A stretch of DNA of 64,000 nt, from positions 124,001 through 188,000 of the forward strand of contig CBFDEM010000048.1 of the NCBI GenBank assembly GCA_965603825.1. Direction: 5' to 3'. The stretch is from Blepharisma stoltei ATCC 30299. Lineage: Eukaryota; Protista; Ciliophora. Positions 60,717 to 64,000 of the stretch are shown piece after piece. Numbering within the stretch: the stretch's first letter is position 1; each line of letters starts with the position of its first letter. Below the pieces are notes generated by a model. The model was not told the origin of the DNA and searched no databases. It was given only the letters and a program-made list of their open reading frames with translations. Position numbers and translations under genes: made by a program.

Positions 60717-61664
60717 ATGCTAATTCCCTTATTTCTCTCCTTAATCCCTTTCATCAGCTCCCAAACGTGCCCAGATATTCAAGCTTCCTCTTGCGAAGAA
60801 AAACAAAATATGTCCAGAACTCTGCGCACCATTGCAAGAATCATAAACCCTCCAGAGCTTCCAGAAGGTGATGGAGCTCGTGTTAGGCGTGTAGTCGGGA
60901 CTAATCAGCTGAAAAACCTAGATCCTTTTCTTATGATGGACCACTTTTTTGTCTCGAAGCCTGCAGGCTTCCCTGATCATCCTCATAGAGGCTTTGAAAC
61001 CGTGACTTATATGATCACTGGGTCTTGTAAGCATGAAGATTTCAAAGGCTATGCAGGAGAAATTGGTCCAGGAGCTGTGCAGTGGATGACAGCTGGTAAA
61101 GGAATTATGCATGCTGAGATGCCTGGGACTGATAGTATGGAAGGGCTGCAGCTTTGGGTGAATTTAAGCAGAGAGTATAAGATGTGCGAACCAAACTATC
61201 AAGATGCTGGGGAGTCAGAAATTTTGAAGGTAGAAGGTGATGGAGTGAGAGCTACTATTATAGCAGGGACATGTCTTGGACAAACTGCTAGAACAGTGAC
61301 AAGAACACCTACCTATTACTTTGTAGTTGAGTTGGAAAGAGGAAAAACCCTTAATCAAGAAATCCCTGATGGGTGGAATGGATATGTTTATGTTCTTAAT
61401 GGGACTGTCTCAATAGGAAATTCAAATTTATCAAGGTTTCAAGCAGGAATTTTAACTCAAAACGGAGAATTAAGAATAGAAAGTAGCGAGGGAGCGAAAT
61501 TTGCTTTGCTGGCAGGAAGACCAATAGGTGAGCCTGTGGTGCAATATGGGCCATTTGTTATGAACACTCGTGAAGAAATAGAAGAAACCTTTAATGATTT
61601 CAGAAGCTACAGAAATGGGTTTGAAGCAGGCAGAGGTTGGGTCTCAAAGATCAGAGATGGATAA
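60717..61664 (+). CDS. PIR: Pirin (bicupin); second possible start at 60810
   Basis: DPFLMMDH, GFPDHPHRGFETVTY, QWMTAGKGIMHAE, QYGPFVMNT. Confidence 0.95.
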   Translation: MLIPLFLSLIPFISSQTCPDIQASSCEEKQNMSRTLRTIARIINPPELPEGDGARVRRVVGTNQLKNLDPFLMMDHFFVSKPAGFPDHPHRGFETVTYMITGSCKHEDFKGYAGEIGPGAVQWMTAGKGIMHAEMPGTDSMEGLQLWVNLSREYKMCEPNYQDAGESEILKVEGDGVRATIIAGTCLGQTARTVTRTPTYYFVVELERGKTLNQEIPDGWNGYVYVLNGTVSIGNSNLSRFQAGILTQNGELRIESSEGAKFALLAGRPIGEPVVQYGPFVMNTREEIEETFNDFRSYRNGFEAGRGWVSKIRDG

Positions 61665-61795
61665 TTCTTAATGAAAATTTTACTGAGTCTGTCTTATTAA
61701 ATTCACCAAAAAAATGGAAAATCGTCATTATTTAGCTTAATTTTTCGACGCTTAAAAAAGCCAAATTGCATCATTATTACGGAAATTAATTAAAG

Positions 61796-62251
61796 CTATA
61801 AAAACAAAGCCTCGTATTTTTTCAATCTTGATTTATCAGTCCAGCATCCTATTTTTCTTATTCTTGATAAGAGTTCTTTCGGCTTGTGAGAGAATTCAAA
61901 GGACTCTGAAAGTCTTCTATCACAAGAGGTGCTGCCATTCCGAGCTGAAGAAGTATGGGATTTTCCTCTTTCATTCCTGCATGAAATAGCTCTATTGTAA
62001 GATGATGAAGGTCTGGAAAATGAGGAATAAATATTTTCTATATTTGAAATATCTTTTTTCGGCTTCCTTGGGAACGGAGGACTGATGAAACCTATCGGAG
62101 TTGATCTTAATGATGAAATAAATTTTCCTTGAGATTGGTTTGTGTAATTTCGAAGAATTAAGGGTTGCCGAACGCCTCTTCCTCTAAGTTTTCCAGAGCA
62201 ATTATTTGTGAGATCTGGAGCAACTTTATTATTGTAAAGACAAATCTTCAT
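61796..62251 (-). CDS. Hypothetical basic Ser-rich protein
   Basis: Open 151-aa ORF with AT-rich flanks. Confidence 0.55.
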   Translation of the reverse strand: MKICLYNNKVAPDLTNNCSGKLRGRGVRQPLILRNYTNQSQGKFISSLRSTPIGFISPPFPRKPKKDISNIENIYSSFSRPSSSYNRAISCRNERGKSHTSSARNGSTSCDRRLSESFEFSHKPKELLSRIRKIGCWTDKSRLKKYEALFL

Positions 62252-62776
62252 TTAAAAATTATCATTTAACTGTCATAATTTTATATTAAGCTCTGCAATG
62301 GCTAGTTTGGAGAATAGTTTTGAGGAAGATGTGACAATTTTGATTAAGAAAGCTTCGCTTATTGAAATATTGCTTCAATAACAGTTATAGTAGTGCTGTA
62401 TGCTTAAAATAGTTTATTGCTGTTAAAAAAATATAATTAATAGATCTCATTGCAGTTTTAAGTATGCAAATTAGAGTTACTTTGGTATAACTTCTATTTG
62501 AATCAAATTGCAATGGCTGATTACATTTAATTTCACATATATATTTTGCAATAATTTTCTAAATATAATAGTTGCCAAGCATCAAAATGTGGCAACATTA
62601 TTAGAGAAGATAATAAGCCTATTATAATTATGATTAAATTTAAAATTTAATTCATAAATTATCTTCTTTTTCTCTAATCAAAAATCAAATGCTCCTTCAA
62701 ATATCATTTTTCCTATCAAATCTCCCTGAATATTTTAAAACTTGTTACTCGTTTTACCATCATCTGCCATTATAAA

Positions 62777-63703
62777 ATGTTAGATAGGATAGCCTCTTTC
62801 CTTTATTCCTGTGCTTGGTGGCTGGCTATTCTGATCATTCTTGTTGTAGTCTGTCTATATCTTTTCCAAAACAAGCTCATCTATCAACCAACTCCTATGG
62901 GGCTAAATCTTCCTCCAACCCCTGACTTAAATCCTCAAGGGTACCGAAATCCATCTGAGCGAGGAATTGCTTATGAGGAATTCTACTTAACTACTTCTGA
63001 TAACGTGAAAATTCATACATGATTAATGACTACTAGCAAAGGTTCAAGCTCTCCAACATTTATATTTTATCATGAGAATGCAGGGAATTTTGCGTTGAGG
63101 ATGGACAGCTTTGAAAGCTTCGTCAAAGAGCTGGGAGTAAATGTTTTTGCAGTTTCCTACAGAGGGTATGGATTCTCACAAGGAGCTCCAAGTGAGCAAG
63201 GGATTTATAGAGACGCTGACAGAGTAATGAGATTTATTTTTGAGGAAGCCCCAATTGATAGAAGCAAAGTCTTTTTATTTGGAAGATCACTTGGTGGAGC
63301 CACTTCAATCTACTCAGCTTGGAAGTTCCAGGAATTCCCAATAAGAGGCTTGATTATCGAAAATACTTTTACATCATTAGACGACGTTGTGGACAATGTA
63401 ATGCCTTATATTTCCCATTTCAAGTCACTTTTACTCAAAAACCATTGGCCAAGTGCAGAAAGAATTAAGACTCTTACTGTGCCAATTTTATTCATTTCAG
63501 GGCTACAAGATGAACTGATCCCTTGTGAGCAGATGAAGAGGCTTCATGATTTAGCGATTAACTCAAGATCTAAAACCTTTGTAAGAATTATTTAGTATGC
63601 AGTTGAGAATGGTGATCACAATTCAACGTGGAGAATAGCAGGTGAGGCCTACATTCCTAAGCTCAAAGAATTCGTAGAAAAGTGTTTAGCTATCAGAGAT
63701 TAA
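62777..63703 (+). CDS. ABHD13: ABHD13/BEM46-like alpha/beta hydrolase; intron 63581-63595
   Basis: N-terminal TM, HENAGN, SYRGYG, GRSLGG, DELIP; catalytic His (GDHN) appears only after removing GTAAGAATTATTTAG. Confidence 0.92.
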
Positions 63704-64000
63704 ATAAAAATAAAATTTTAAGTGGAGAAAAATGAAAATTATTATTAAAGTAAAACTAGGTATAAAGGATTATATTAAATTTATCTATAAGTAAAATGGT
63801 GGTATTGTACATAAAAATCCATATTACTCCATTTTATATTCAGCATTCTAGAAATAGGGATAATTTAAATAAAGAATAGACAGATTTTTAACTCCCTCTG
63901 CATTATATCTAATACATTTGGCCTAAAAACACGATAAATAAAATTTCAGCGACTTTTTAGATAATATTAAAATGGCTTCTCTTATTTCCGGTAACAAATC

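Noticed and set aside
893-61112. Numerous short antisense or alternative-frame ORFs (e.g. 893..1198, 5360..5623, 23137..23610, 53796..54326, 59470..59751)
   Set aside because: They are shadows of well-supported genes and show no independent motifs.
1-64000. CRISPR arrays, tRNA/rRNA genes, intact transposases
   Set aside because: No repeat-spacer array, cloverleaf, rRNA motif or DDE/RT ORF recognised by eye.

Overview
AT-rich, gene-dense eukaryotic DNA from a heterotrich ciliate macronuclear-type genome, most consistent with Blepharisma. In-frame TGA repeatedly sits where homologues have conserved Trp (AsnRS HLAEF*MIEPE, calcineurin CDIL*SDP, actin N*DEIEK, RBBP4 VCV*DI), and recognisable genes end in TAA/TAG. 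Introns are 15-17 nt GT..AG with a near-invariant A at +10/-6. The supplied ORF track is therefore fragmented. Re-reading with UGA=Trp and tiny introns gives about 40 genes, including AsnRS, RPS17, calcineurin A, NDUFA8, a LIN54-like CRC protein, ATG13-like, LTO1, NCBP1, TBCK, an SCP phosphatase, an importin-beta, actin, VPS4, RBBP4, TMEM164, pirin and ABHD13. Most worth following up: (i) a hidden 1168-aa receptor-like protein with Venus-flytrap-type ectodomains and about 9 TM helices; (ii) a tandem trio of unknown winged-helix-like genes sharing one intron position; (iii) a duplication at the VPS4/RBBP4 divergent promoter that left an intact stand-alone MIT-domain ORF; (iv) an ATG13-like HORMA protein; (v) a GC-rich multi-hairpin element near 16.2 kb; (vi) a compositionally odd ~1 kb island at 48.9-49.9 kb. 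All family assignments come from reading motifs by eye; no searches were run.
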